Shown one piece after another: positions 27,659 to 40,739 of a stretch of 64,000 nt of DNA (the first letter of the stretch is position 1; every line of letters begins with the position of its first letter). The position numbers and the translations under genes are program-made. A model generated the notes under the pieces. That model saw only the letters and a list, made by a program, of their open reading frames with translations, did no database searches and was not told the DNA's origin. The DNA is from Eledone cirrhosa. Taxonomy: Eukaryota. Where the stretch lies: NCBI GenBank assembly GCA_964016885.1, contig OZ024741.1, positions 203,298,001 through 203,362,000 on the forward strand. Reading direction: 5' to 3'.

Positions 27659-28877
27659 TGTATGTGCGTGTGTGTACCGTCTACTTCTAAATTTCTAAAC
27701 CCGAAGAAATGAATTTGATTGGAACCTCGCCCTGATAGCTCCGATATCGTTAGTTCGATTCCCATGTTTTCCGGCTTTTAGTTCTTAAAAATAATAGAAA
27801 AAGACCAGCAAGCAGGGGTTTAGTGTGGTTGCGAGAGTGACTTGATAATACTCACCTGATCTTAGGTTCAAACCATGAGTAGATTAACTCTCGATAACAT
27901 TGTTCCTATCGCTTTTACTGTTTGATTTATTTAAGGGTCATTTTTTTGGTTTACGAGCTGGAAATTATTTCTTATTACGTGAATATATATTATGCTTTAA
28001 CCTTTACTTGAAACATAACTATATCTCTAATTAATCTTTCTTTCCGTTTCACAAATATATTAACAATTTCAAAGATGGATAATTAAGGACGATTATCTTT
28101 ACTGTCTCGTATTTCCATCGACAAAAAAGGCACACATCGATTTAAAACGACAAAAAGAATTTCCTGTATAATCAAGGTACTTGGAATTTATGTTTAAATG
28201 AAGTAATTATTTATTTCTTATAAAAACTTATGTAGTTTTACTTATGCATTTTTATTTTAAATGTACTATAACACTGCCCGTTCCATGTAAGTGCCATGCT
28301 GAATCTACTATAGGAAAGCCTTTCAAATGATATTAATATAAAAAATGTATTGAACATCTTGTGCATATATCATTATTCCTACGTAATTGTAGCTGTAACC
28401 CACCTTATTTTTGTTTGCTAAATGTAAATAAACTAAAGATGACATGATAACAGTTCCCCATACGAATTTATTCCCCCCATAACTTTCTTAATAAAGCCTA
28501 TTTTGCAGAGGTACATTTTCGAAGATATAGATTATGATTATCTCAATGAACATATGTTTTTTTAGTTATTGAATTGACACTATCATGTTTAACATTTTCC
28601 AATACAAACATGAAATTAAAGAGTATTATGAAAAATATTCCGAGTTTAAATTTAGTTAGATTACAAATACAGATCAAAAGGTTATAGTAATGGAAACATC
28701 AACGAATGAATGTATGTGATAATAACATCCCTGAAAATAAAAAAAAACTTCATTTAAAATATGTCTTATTAAGAAAGTTATGAAAAAAATTCCGGGTTTA
28801 CTAAATTGTAGTGATGGCCTATAAGTCATGTAAAATACCCAACATATTCAATAATTCTCATGCTATATGGAATATCT

Positions 28878-29420
28878 TCTTCTTCTTCTTCACAAACTTA
28901 TTCGTGGGAGGGTCATAGGGGCATTGTCCTCAAACACGTCTTCGAGCGGGTCCTGTCAGAAGCAACCGTCTCTAATGGATCTGACTGGATCCCCAAGCGA
29001 GCAAGCCGAGTCCAAGGATGCTATTCAACCATCTTGCTTGGAGTCTTGGATCTCCTGCCGGCTGGTTTTGCCGGTAAAATCTGTCCATTGATTCTTCCCT
29101 GTAACATCCGTAGTATCGGAGCTATGATCTCTCAATTCGGAGAATTAGCGGCTCTACCTGGAGTGACTCTCAGCTCTCCGATCTACGCACTTTACCGAGT
29201 AATCTTACTTCATGGTCAGTTCGGAGGAACTCCATTTCAGCCGCTTGCATAAGCGATAGTATTCTTTCGGTCATTATCGAAAATTCATGACCATAGGTAA
29301 GTGTTGGTATGACTACCGAATTGACTTTTACACCTCTTCTTCTGCTACATAATGCAGAAGTTGGTACAGTACTGCACCAGCTCATGCAAATGGGCACTTA
29401 ATTCAGCCTCCTGTCTTATG
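28878..29420 (-). mobile_element. RTE/RTEX-type LINE 3' fragment with (GAA)n tail
   Basis: VIPTLTYGHEFSIMTERILSLMQAAEMEFLR; its 3' end is homologous to 51481-51628 (+). Confidence 0.75.
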
Positions 29421-29854
29421 ATATTCTAAATTGGACGTTTACTAAATTTCGCAAAAAAAATATGCTAACACCCTGAGTAACGTCGACGAGGTAGAGTCGC
29501 CACTGATATATATGTAAGCACCTCTCCTCCCCCTCTCACACACACACACACACCCACATATATATATATATATATGTGTGTGTGAGTGTGTATGCATATA
29601 TATATGTACATATATATATATATATATATTTATGAATTACGTTGCATTACCATTTTTGTTTGTTTACTGTCTCTATTTCTCCATCCATTCTTTGTGTCCC
29701 AATAACTTATTTTAGTTATTGCTCGCACTGACTTTGAGGTTTCTGGTCTTTAATACGAAGAAATACCGATGATAGTCAGAAGATCACTGATGATGGACAG
29801 TCCTGTTTTTTGCTCTATTTTTTATTCATATATATATATATTTATATATATATG

Positions 29855-30015
29855 TAAGCAAAAGGGATATTTTGTTATGTCAATATTTATAAAACAAACT
29901 TTGTATTTTATCTGATGAGAGCGTACCAAAGTTTTGGTACCCTTGAAATATATATAATAGAATACATATGGTTTTATAAATATAGTTTCCATTTATTTAA
30001 TATCATTGTATATAT
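29855..30015 (+). ncRNA. Solo pLTR with HHR, same family as the PLE at 1-2320
   Basis: CTGATGA 29912, gtaccaaa/tttggtac stem II, GAAA 29945; downstream ggttttataaatatagtttccatt is shared. Confidence 0.75.
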
Positions 30016-30017
30016 AT

Positions 30018-30520
30018 TAACCCACTCGATATGCAAATTGGGCTACTCAGCCGTTAATATGCATAAGGTAAGTATATACGTTCACAATCTGGCAGGAAGG
30101 TATACGTTGCTGACGATAGCTAATAAGCTTGAAACTAGTACAGCGTTCCTTTGTCAGTGTTGAATAAACGAGCAACGATGGTTGCTAGACACTACGGCTT
30201 AATACGGGATGTTTGTTTACAAACACACCGAGCATTATAATAAATGTTCGGTGAATCCATACGTACATATATATATGTGCATATATGTATATATATATAC
30301 ATACTACTGTACGTCTGTATACATATAGATATGTGTGCATGTATGTATATATACATACTACTGTACGTCTGTATACATATATATATGTGTGCATGTATGT
30401 ATATATATACATACTACTGTAGGTCTGTATACATATATGTATGTACGTATACATACTTATATTTAAGTAACAGCCGTACTAAGAGTGGGAAATGAAATTT
30501 CGTTTCATTTTTTCCGTTTA
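30018..30520 (+). mobile_element. Retrozyme-like single unit, subfamily B, with internal duplication
   Basis: Octamer ~30031; HHR ~30104-30146. Confidence 0.8.
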
Positions 30521-31868
30521 TATATATATATATATACACACACATATATATATTATGAATGTGTGTGTGCGTGTGTGCATCTGTTTGATTGAGTTCTTCA
30601 AAACGACAGATGACATTCGCGCCATTATTTCTGATATTTCAATACCTGCTGATATACTGCACCCATTTTAAGTCGTTTCAAATTTCTTCAATATATAAAA
30701 AATATTAATATACATGGAATTTCTATACAATTTTACAAGCGATTTTTTTTTATTTCTACCCACGAGCTTAAGAAAAAAATGAGAAAAATCACTTGCTTTC
30801 GCTCTTTTTTTTTTTTCCTATGTAATAAGCAGGTGTAAAGTGGTAGAGATCGCCGTCAGAGGGCGCTGACTAACTGATCATATGACATCTTGCTAGATTT
30901 TAGAAGTAAAGATATATAAATGATGAAACCAGTGAGAGGCGAAACAACAAATAACAACAACAGCAAATGGGAAATTCAGTCCATCTGGCTTTTCTATATG
31001 TTGCAATCTGAGCGTATTAGATGTACATGTGATTTTCTCATTGTTGGGTTTATGTAGATTCAGCTGCATAGATTTGCTGGTGGCAACGTCTAACGATCAG
31101 TCGGAGATATCCTTAGAAAAAAAAAAACTTCCTCCCAAAACACTACGACTCTCTCAAGAGATTTGTAGCTTTTTACATAAAGCGTGATGCAGTAATGCAT
31201 CTTGTGTTTCACTAACGGACAGAGCGTTTCACCCAAAATAAAATGATAATTTAAATAAGGAAGTATTTTGGTAATCAACTACTCTGACCTATAATAAATA
31301 TAACGGAAAAATTGTAGCTTTTACATGAAGCGCGTGAAGCTGCGTTGTTTAGTGGTTACGGAGCTCGGCTCACGAACGTACGATCGTGAGTTCGATATCT
31401 GGTGATGCGTTGTGTTTTTTAAGTAGACACTTTATTTCACGCTGCCCCAATCCACTCAGCTGGAAAGAATGAGTTTTATCTGTAATTCTAAGGAACAACT
31501 TTGTCATACATTGTGTCACCCTAAATATCAATGTTAAATGTTTACCCATTACACGTTACTTAAGTGTTCATTTTACAAGTATACTGTTCAGTTGATAGGG
31601 TCACTCAAAACCGACGTAGGTCTATCGATCTATATATATGTTTTTTGTTTTTGTTTTTGTGGAATCGCCAGTCTGAAGGTCATATCGATAATGGAGTCGG
31701 GTCCATAACTTCTATGGATGACCCTAAGCCAATCCTCTGCGAAACGCGCATAACAGGTAGATACACAATAAAAATCCAAATACTGTAATGTAAACGGAAC
31801 CGCATCGTTTTTATTAATATATATACACTCTGGTAGGTACCTCCACCAGTAATTCACTGAATCACATA

Positions 31869-31944
<76 letters not shown>

Positions 31945-32221
31945 AACATGGGGAGAAGAATACTGCATGGTTGCACATGGATTACATATTATAAAATTAG
32001 TCCCTCATCAGTGATTTGCCAACGATCATTGGTATTTCATCGCATTAAAAATCAGATACCTCAGGTTGGTGCGAGCAATAACTAAAATAACCTATTGGGA
32101 CAAGTGAAACGCGTAAAGCGAGTGAGACAAGTAAACAACAGAAGGAAAGCAAACCGAAGGTTGGGAAAACAGCAAGCAATCATGATAGTTATCCGATCTC
32201 TCTCTCTATATATATATATAA

Positions 32222-32670
32222 TATATTAACAAATGAAAACTATATTTATAAAACCATATTTATTTCATTATACATATTTCAAGGGCCACCAGAGCAAACT
32301 ATGGTGCGCTTTCATCAGATAAAATATAATATAGGTTAGTTTTATAAATAAATATTGACATACCCTTAAAAAAATGCAACAATTCTGGTTGGAATCTCCT
32401 GGAGATTCCAACCAGAATGGTTGCATTTTTTTAAGGGTATGTCAATATTTATTTATAAAACTAACCTATATTATATTTTATCTGATGAAAGCGCACCATA
32501 GTTTGCTCTGGTGGCCCTTGAAATATGTATAATGAAATAAATATGGTTTTATAAATATAGTTTCCATTTGTTAATATATTGTATATTTACTCCAATAATT
32601 TGTTGAGTGCTTTATATCAGTTATAAAAATATTTTGCTTGTTGTATCCCAACAAATTAAATATAACCTCT

Positions 32671-32672
<2 letters not shown>
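32222..32672. mobile_element. Palindromic pLTR/HHR element (family of the PLE at 1-2320), apex ~32400
   Basis: CTGATGA 32482...GAAA 32520 with an antisense copy at ~32277-32318. The right arm continues into sequence homologous to the PLE 5' UTR (1350-1440). Confidence 0.85.
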
Positions 32673-32720
<48 letters not shown>

Positions 32721-32724
<4 letters not shown>

Positions 32725-33023
32725 AAAAAAGATGAAATCGAAAATGCAACTGGAGTCTTTTTTTTTTAAATATATATATTTATTTGGTTCCTTCTGTGGT
32801 TTTTCTCACATGAGATGTGAGAAAAACCACAGACCCTCCATCTCAACTCAACTTTTGAAAAGCAGAAGAACTGCGAAACCGGTAAAGGAACCAAATAAAT
32901 ATATATATTTAAAAAAAAAAAGACTCCAGTTGCATTTTCGATTTCATCTTTTTTCTTTATACTTTCACTCGTGTAGGACACCTCGGTTATTTTTTATTTT
33001 GTTGAAAAAAACCTCACTTTCTA

Positions 33024-33025
<2 letters not shown>
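32721..33025. mobile_element. Second copy of the 2340-2698 palindromic HHR element (flipped; short arm carries a deletion)
   Basis: TTGAAAA-gcag/ctgc-GAAACCGGTA-aagg at 32855-32888; apex ~32812. Confidence 0.8.
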
Positions 33026-33117
<92 letters not shown>

Positions 33118-33251
33118 AGCAAAGTCTGGTGTTATGAAGGTATAACCTGGTGCGTTGGCTGCACAAAAAAATTGCAGAAAGATGCAAGACCGTCTGAATA
33201 CATATACACGCGCACACACACACACATATATATACATCCATATATATATAT

Positions 33252-33322
<71 letters not shown>

Positions 33323-33328
33323 CAATAA

Positions 33329-33374
<46 letters not shown>

Positions 33375-33653
33375 CGGGTGAGTGAGAGAGAGTGAGTGAG
33401 AGAATCTATGTCAGCTGCAAAGTATTAAAGAGACCAGGATTTGTATGTTTCCCTGTGGTAAAGAAGAGCGACTAGATATAGTTTGTTAAAGAGGCCGACT
33501 AGATATGTATGTAGTATATATAGTATATGTAGTTAATGTGTGTGTGCCTGTCTGTTGATATTTCTAACCTGCTTCACATAGAGTAAGGCTGTAATTCAAC
33601 GAAACCATACACTGTTAATAGAGCTTTATCCTGGTATATTGGATGTGTAGTTT

Positions 33654-33822
33654 TACCGTGTATAAGACGCACTTTTTTAACCCCCCCCCCCTCCTCCGAA
33701 TTTGCGTCCTATAGACTGAATATGAATATTAGATACTACAATAAACTCTTTCAAAACTTTTTACCCCTATTAAGGAAGCGACTTATATAACGACACATCT
33801 ACTATTCCAAAATACGCGGTAT
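33654..33822. mobile_element. pogo/Tigger-like MITE relic
   Basis: taccgtgtataagacgcac ... gcgacttatat ... aaatacgcggta termini. Confidence 0.5.
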
Positions 33823-34923
33823 ATAAAATATTCTGATTAGCAGTGTTACTAACACAGCGTTGACTTATGAGACAGTAAGAACGGTTGAAAAAATCGGTTG
33901 AAGTACACCTGGAGACGTAAAAAGTACATAGAGGTCCTGCGATGAATTGAACTGGATCAGTGCTTTAGCTATTAAGGGTTTCTGGCCACTGTTAGGTAGA
34001 ATTTTAGAAGATTTTACAGTACTAGACCTAAGAAAATATTACACACACACACACACACACACATATGAGAAAGATACATTTTATAATTATTGTCTTTTTG
34101 CTTATGTATTTTCTTAGTTACCACTTTCTTTAATCTTGCCCAACTTGATAAACTCCTTGAATTGCTCCCTAATTAAATTGCTTAGATTATTGTATCTATT
34201 ATGCCTAAGTTGTATCTGTTGAAGCAGCCCTTTGAAAATTCCTCGGATATCCCAAATACCGTAATTTTTAATTTTTAACTTTTAATGTATAATTTTCCTC
34301 AATTCGTTTTTATATTTATCCTTAAAGGCTCTCTAAAATTTTAATTCTTCGAAGCGTCTCTCGGAAGAAGTTCCTATTGGAAATATTAAAGGGGCCTTTT
34401 CTGAGAGATTTATGGAAGGCTCTCTGAATTAACCTCTAATTGATTAGTTTCTTTCAACCTAGTTTTCAATTCAGTTTTCTGAATTTTGTAAACGTGATCT
34501 CGGGGGAAGAAGGTTTTTTTCTTTCGGAAAATTTTTTTTTTCTCTAGAAGAAATTTCATAGGAACTTTATATATTTTTTAGGGAAACTTTATATTTTTAT
34601 TTTATTATTTTATTAGCCTCTTAATTTTCTTCTAGTCTAATAGGTTTATTGGAGCCTGTAAGCTTTATGCACTCATTGAGGGATTTTCTAAGGTGCTTCT
34701 ACGGGACCCCAAGTCTTTTAGTTTAATGTTAATGCGTAAATTATATATTTTTGTCTAATTTTTAAACTTCAATCCCTGACCCCGACAACTAATATAAAAG
34801 AGCCCCCCTTAGAATATTGACCCCAACTATACAAGCGGAGTTGCTGATGTATACAACAATTTCAAACTGCTAGCCTTGAGTGATACGTTGATGTAAACAA
34901 TGATCTTGCAATCACATGTTATA

Positions 34924-34970
34924 TGCCTTGATAAGTCCCACCATGGGGTCGGACGAAACGGCTGTCGGCA
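34924..34970 (+). ncRNA. Type I hammerhead ribozyme, U3-A8 core variant
   Basis: tgcc-TTGATAA-gtcc(12 nt)ggac-GAAAC-ggct-GTC-ggca, followed by AATAAA and (TA)n. Confidence 0.8.
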
Positions 34971-37264
34971 ATAAACTTGTTATAATGTCATAATAGTTCC
35001 TTTGTTCTTTTTCACTAATATATATATATATAAATTGAAACAAAATGAAAACGAAATTTCATTTCTCACTCTTAGTATGGCACTTACTTAAATGTAAGTA
35101 TGCATGTATACGTACATACATATATGTATACAGACGTACAGTAGCATGCACATATATATATATATATACATATATACATACATATGCATACAGGTACACA
35201 TACATATATGCACGTATCAGTTTAGCGGCGCTAACGTCGCTTTGTTCGTTTGTAAACAAACTGAACAGCCTGAATTTATGCCATACGGTGTTAAGGCAAC
35301 CACGTCACCTTTTTGTTCAACACTGACACAGGAACGATGTACTAGTTTCAAGCTTGTTAGCTATCATCAGCACCGTTTACCCATCTGCCAGATAGTTGAA
35401 CGTTCGAAAGTATATACTTTCCTTATGAAAATTAACGGCTGAGCAGCCTAATTTGCATATTGAGTGAGTTAAATCGGTCAGGCATACCGAAAACGATAAA
35501 TTGAAACAAAATGAAAACGAAATTTCATTTCTCACTCTTAGTATGGCACTTACTTAAATGTAAGTATGCATGTATACGTACATACATATATGTATACAGA
35601 CGTACAGTAGCATGCACATATATATATATATATATACATATATACATACATATGCATACAGGTACACATACATATATGCACGTATCAGTTTAGCGGCGCT
35701 AACGTCGCTTTGTTCGTTTGTAAACAAACTGAACAGCCTGAATTTATGCCATACGGTGTTAAGGCAACCACGTCATCTTTTTGTTCAACAATGACACAGG
35801 AACGATGTACTAGTTTCAAGCTTGTTAGCTATCATCAGCACCGTTTACCCATCTGCCAGATAGTTGAACGTTCGAAAGTATATACTTTCCTTATGAAAAT
35901 TAACGGCTGAGCAGCCTAATTTGCATATTGAGTGAGTTAAATCGGTCAGGCATACCGAAAACGATAAATTGAAACAAAATGAAAACGAAATTTCATTTCT
36001 CACTCTTAGTATGGCACTTACTTAAATGTAAGTATGCATGTATACGTACATACATATATGTATACAGACGTACAGTAGCATGCACATATATATATATATA
36101 TACATATATACATACATATGCATACAGGTACACATACATATATGCACGTATCAGTTTAGCGGCGCTAACGTCGCTTTGTTCGTTTGTAAACAAACTGAAC
36201 AGCCTGAATTTATGCCATACGGTGTTAAGGCAACCACGTCACCTTTTTGTTCAACACTGACACAGGAACGATGTACTAGTTTCAAGCTTGTTAGCTATCA
36301 TCAGCACCGTTTACCCATCTGCCAGATAGTTGAACGTTCGAAAGTATATACTTTCCTTATGAAAATTAACGGCTGAGCAGCCTAATTTGCATATTGAGTG
36401 AGTTAAATCGGTCAGGCATACCGAAAACGATAAATTGAAACAAAATGAAAACGAAATTTCATTTCTCACTCTTAGTATGGCACTTACTTAAATGTAAGTA
36501 TGCATGTATACGTACATACATATATGTATACAGACGTACAGTAGCATGCACATATATATATATATATACATATATACATACATATGCATACAGGTACACA
36601 TACATATATGCACGTATCAGTTTAGCGGCGCTAACGTCGCTTTGTTCGTTTGTAAACAAACTGAACAGCCTGAATTTATGCCATACGGTGTTAAGGCAAC
36701 CACGTCACCTTTTTGTTCAACACTGACACAGGAACGATGTACTAGTTTCAAGCTTGTTAGCTATCATCAGCACCGTTTACCCATCTGCCAGATAGTTGAA
36801 CGTTCGAAAGTATATACTTTCCTTATGAAAATTAACGGCTGAGCAGCCTAATTTGCATATTGAGTGAGTTAAATCGGTCAGGCATACCGAAAACGATAAA
36901 TTGAAACAAAATGAAAACGAAATTTCATTTCTCACTCTTAGTATGGCACTTAGTATGGCATAAACTCTTAGTATGGCATAAATTCAGGCTGTTCAGTTTG
37001 TTTACAAACGAACAAAGCGACGTTAGCGCCGCTAAACTGATACGTGCATATATGTATGTGTACCTGTATGCATATGTATGTATATATGTATATATATATA
37101 TATATGTGCATGCTACTGTACGTCTGTATACATATATGTATGTACGTATACATGCATACTTACATTTAAGTAAGTGCCATACTAAGAGTGAGAAATGAAA
37201 TTTCGTTTTCATTTTGTTTCAATTTATCGTTTTCGGTATGCCTGACCGATTTAACTCACTCAAT

Positions 37265-37312
37265 ATGCAAATTAGGCTGCTCAGCCGTTAATTTTCATAA
37301 GGAAAGTATATA
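37265..37312 (+). promoter_or_regulatory. Putative snRNA-type promoter module (octamer, PSE-like, TATA) in each unit
   Basis: ATGCAAAT 37265-37272, tcagccgttaattttcata, TATATA 37307-37312. Octamer and TATA are retained in all three subfamilies; function is inferred. Confidence 0.5.
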
Positions 37313-37345
37313 CTTTCGAACGTTCAACTATCTGGCAGATGGGTA

Positions 37346-37390
37346 AACGGTGCTGATGATAGCTAACAAGCTTGAAACTAGTACATCGTT
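37346..37390 (+). ncRNA. Minimal type I hammerhead ribozyme of the 466-bp unit (one per repeat)
   Basis: aacggtg-CTGATGA-t-AGCT-aaca-AGCT-t-GAAAC-TA-GTA^catcgtt: 7-bp stem I, 4-bp stem II, palindromic ACTAGT stem III. Confidence 0.9.
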
Positions 37391-39973
37391 CCTGTGTCAG
37401 TGTTGAACAAAAAGGTGACGTGGTTGCCTTAACACCGTATGGCATAAATTCAGGCTGTTCAGTTTGTTTACAAACGAACAAAGCGACGTTAGCGCCGCTA
37501 AACTGATACGTGCATATATGTATGTGTACCTGTATGCATATGTATGTATATATGTATATATATATATATATGTGCATGCTACTGTACGTCTGTATACATA
37601 TATGTATGTACGTATACATGCATACTTACATTTAAGTAAGTGCCATACTAAGAGTGAGAAATGAAATTTCGTTTTCATTTTGTTTCAATTTATCGTTTTC
37701 GGTATGCCTGACCGATTTAACTCACTCAATATGCAAATTAGGCTGCTCAGCCGTTAATTTTCATAAGGAAAGTATATACTTTCGAACGTTCAACTATCTG
37801 GCAGATGGGTAAACGGTGCTGATGATAGCTAACAAGCTTGAAACTAGTACATCGTTCCTGTGTCAGTGTTGAACAAAAAAAAAAAAAAAAAAAAAAAAGG
37901 TGACGTGGTTGCCTTAACACCGTATGGCATAAATTCAGGCTGTTCAGTTTGTTTACAAACGAACAAAGCGACGTTAGCGCCGCTAAACTGATACGTGCAT
38001 ATATGTATGTGTACCTGTATGCATATGTATGTATATATGTATATATATATATATATGTGCATGCTACTGTACGTCTGTATACATATATGTATGTACGTAT
38101 ACATGCATACTTACATTTAAGTAAGTGCCATACTAAGAGTGAGAAATGAAATTTCGTTTTCATTTTGTTTCAATTTATCGTTTTCGGTATGCCTGACCGA
38201 TTTAACTCACTCAATATGCAAATTAGGCTGCTCAGCCGTTAATTTTCATAAGGAAAGTATATACTTTCGAACGTTCAACTATCTGGCAGATGGGTAAACG
38301 GTGCTGATGATAGCTAACAAGCTTGAAACTAGTACATCGTTCCTGTGTCAGTGTTGAACAAAAAGGTGACGTGGTTGCCTTAACACCGTATGGCATAAAT
38401 TCAGGCTGTTCAGTTTGTTTACAAACGAACAAAGCGACGTTAGCGCCGCTAAACTGATACGTGCATATATGTATGTGTACCTGTATGCATATGTATGTAT
38501 ATATGTATATATATATATATATGTGCATGCTACTGTACGTCTGTATACATATATGTATGTACGTATACATGCATACTTACATTTAAGTAAGTGCCATACT
38601 AAGAGTGAGAAATGAAATTTCGTTTTCATTTTGTTTCAATTTATCGTTTTCGGTATGCCTGACCGATTTAACTCACTCAATATGCAAATTAGGCTGCTCA
38701 GCCGTTAATTTTCATAAGGAAAGTATATACTTTCGAACGTTCAACTATCTGGCAGATGGGTAAACGGTGCTGATGATAGCTAACAAGCTTGAAACTAGTA
38801 CATCGTTCCTGTGTCAGTGTTGAACAAAAAGGTGACGTGGTTGCCTTAACACCGTATGGCATAAATTCAGGCTGTTCAGTTTGTTTACAAACGAACAAAG
38901 CGACGTTAGCGCCGCTAAACTGATACGTGCATATATGTATGTGTACCTGTATGCATATGTATGTATATATGTATATATATATATATATGTGCATGCTACT
39001 GTACGTCTGTATACATATATGTATGTACGTATACATGCATACTTACATTTAAGTAAGTGCCATACTAAGAGTGAGAAATGAAATTTCGTTTTCATTTTGT
39101 TTCAATTTATCGTTTTCGGTATGCCTGACCGATTTAACTCACTCAATATGCAAATTAGGCTGCTCAGCCGTTAATTTTCATAAGGAAAGTATATACTTTC
39201 GAACGTTCAACTATCTGGCAGATGGGTAAACGGTGCTGATGATAGCTAACAAGCTTGAAACTAGTACATCGTTCCTGTGTCAGTGTTGAACAAAAAGGTG
39301 ACGTGGTTGCCTTAACACCGTATGGCATAAATTCAGGCTGTTCAGTTTGTTTACAAACGAACAAAGCGATGTTAGCGCCGCTAAACTGATACGTGCATAT
39401 ATGTATGTGTACCTGTATGCATATGTATGTATATATGTATATATATATATATATGTGCATGCTACTGTACGTCTGTATACATATATGTATGTACGTATAC
39501 ATGCATACTTACATTTAAGTAAGTGCCATACTAAGAGTGAGAAATGAAATTTCGTTTTCATTTTGTTTCAATTTATCGTTTTCGGTATGCCTGACCGATT
39601 TAACTCACTCAATATGCAAATTAGGCTGCTCAGCCGTTAATTTTCATAAGGAAAGTATATACTTTCGAACGTTCAACTATCTGGCAGATGGGTAAACGGT
39701 GCTGATGATAGCTAACAAGCTTGAAACTAGTACATCGTTCCTGTGTCAGTGTTGAACAAAAAGGTGACGTGGTTGCCTTAACACCGTATGGCATAAATTC
39801 AGGCTGTTCAGTTTGTTTACAAACGAACAAAGCGACGTTAGCGCCGCTAAACTGATACGTGCATATATGTATGTGTACCTGTATGCATATGTATGTATAT
39901 ATGTATATATATATATATATGTGCATGCTACTGTACGTCTGTATACATATATGTATGTACGTATACATGCATA

Positions 39974-40008
<35 letters not shown>

Positions 40009-40157
40009 GACGAGCTTCTCCATTTTTCATGTACCAAATTTCACTCTCAAGATGGATCGGTCAACTCAAAGAAGACAATTGCTTAAGACGCCCCCGCCCC
40101 ACAACCAAGCGGTTGTAAAGTGAATTCTGTAACCACACAGTCATGCTATGCCACATA

Positions 40158-40210
<53 letters not shown>

Positions 40211-40230
40211 ACATTTATATGTATGTGAGT

Positions 40231-40279
<49 letters not shown>

Positions 40280-40679
40280 TGTGTGTGTGTGTGTGTGTAC
40301 AATAATTCCTGATGCATTTGTAGAGGGCGCCGTAGTGACATACGTCGATATCATTAAATACAAGCCATGACATATTGCCACAACAGGATGTTTCTTGAAA
40401 ACAACATAATGCGACAACCACCGCCTGATGACGTTCGTCACCCCCATACTAGTAATTGTAGGTCGGTGGTTGTTTTGCTGGAAAGGTTGGGACAGGATTT
40501 AGAAGAACGCCTGTGATTTTTACTTTTCGTTGTGCATTATGGGTCTGGTAGGTGAGGTTGTGTGCAGGTTTATGGATTATGTTTGCTTCAGTTCGTGGAC
40601 AGCTTTGATATGTTCTTGATGTATGTGCGTTCTATGCAACTGACGGCCTCAGTTTCGTGCGCACGCACACACACATGCG

Positions 40680-40739
<60 letters not shown>

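Larger units (their letters stand above)
35032..39977. mobile_element. Large retrozyme-like array, subfamily A (466-bp unit): 4.1 units - sense, junction 36940-36980, ~6.4 units + sense; 10 HHRs
   Basis: Period of 466 from the ORF track (35045/35511/35979/36445/36911; 37212/37678/38163/38629/39095/39561); (TA)n on both sides. Confidence 0.92.

Noticed and set aside
35045-39968. Repeated ORFs (MKTKFHF..., MYTYIHI...MKING) as a tandem gene family
   Set aside because: They run through variable-length TA microsatellite, shift frame between copies and resemble no domain. The conserved feature is RNA structure on the opposite strand.
35032-39977. CRISPR-like array
   Set aside because: No unique spacers, 466-bp period, eukaryotic context and no cas genes.
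35032-39977. Palindromes as long-read fold-back or assembly artefacts
   Set aside because: Not favoured: arms are unequal, junctions carry microhomology or inserts, polarity is consistent and apices recur at separate loci. Raw reads are still needed to exclude it fully.
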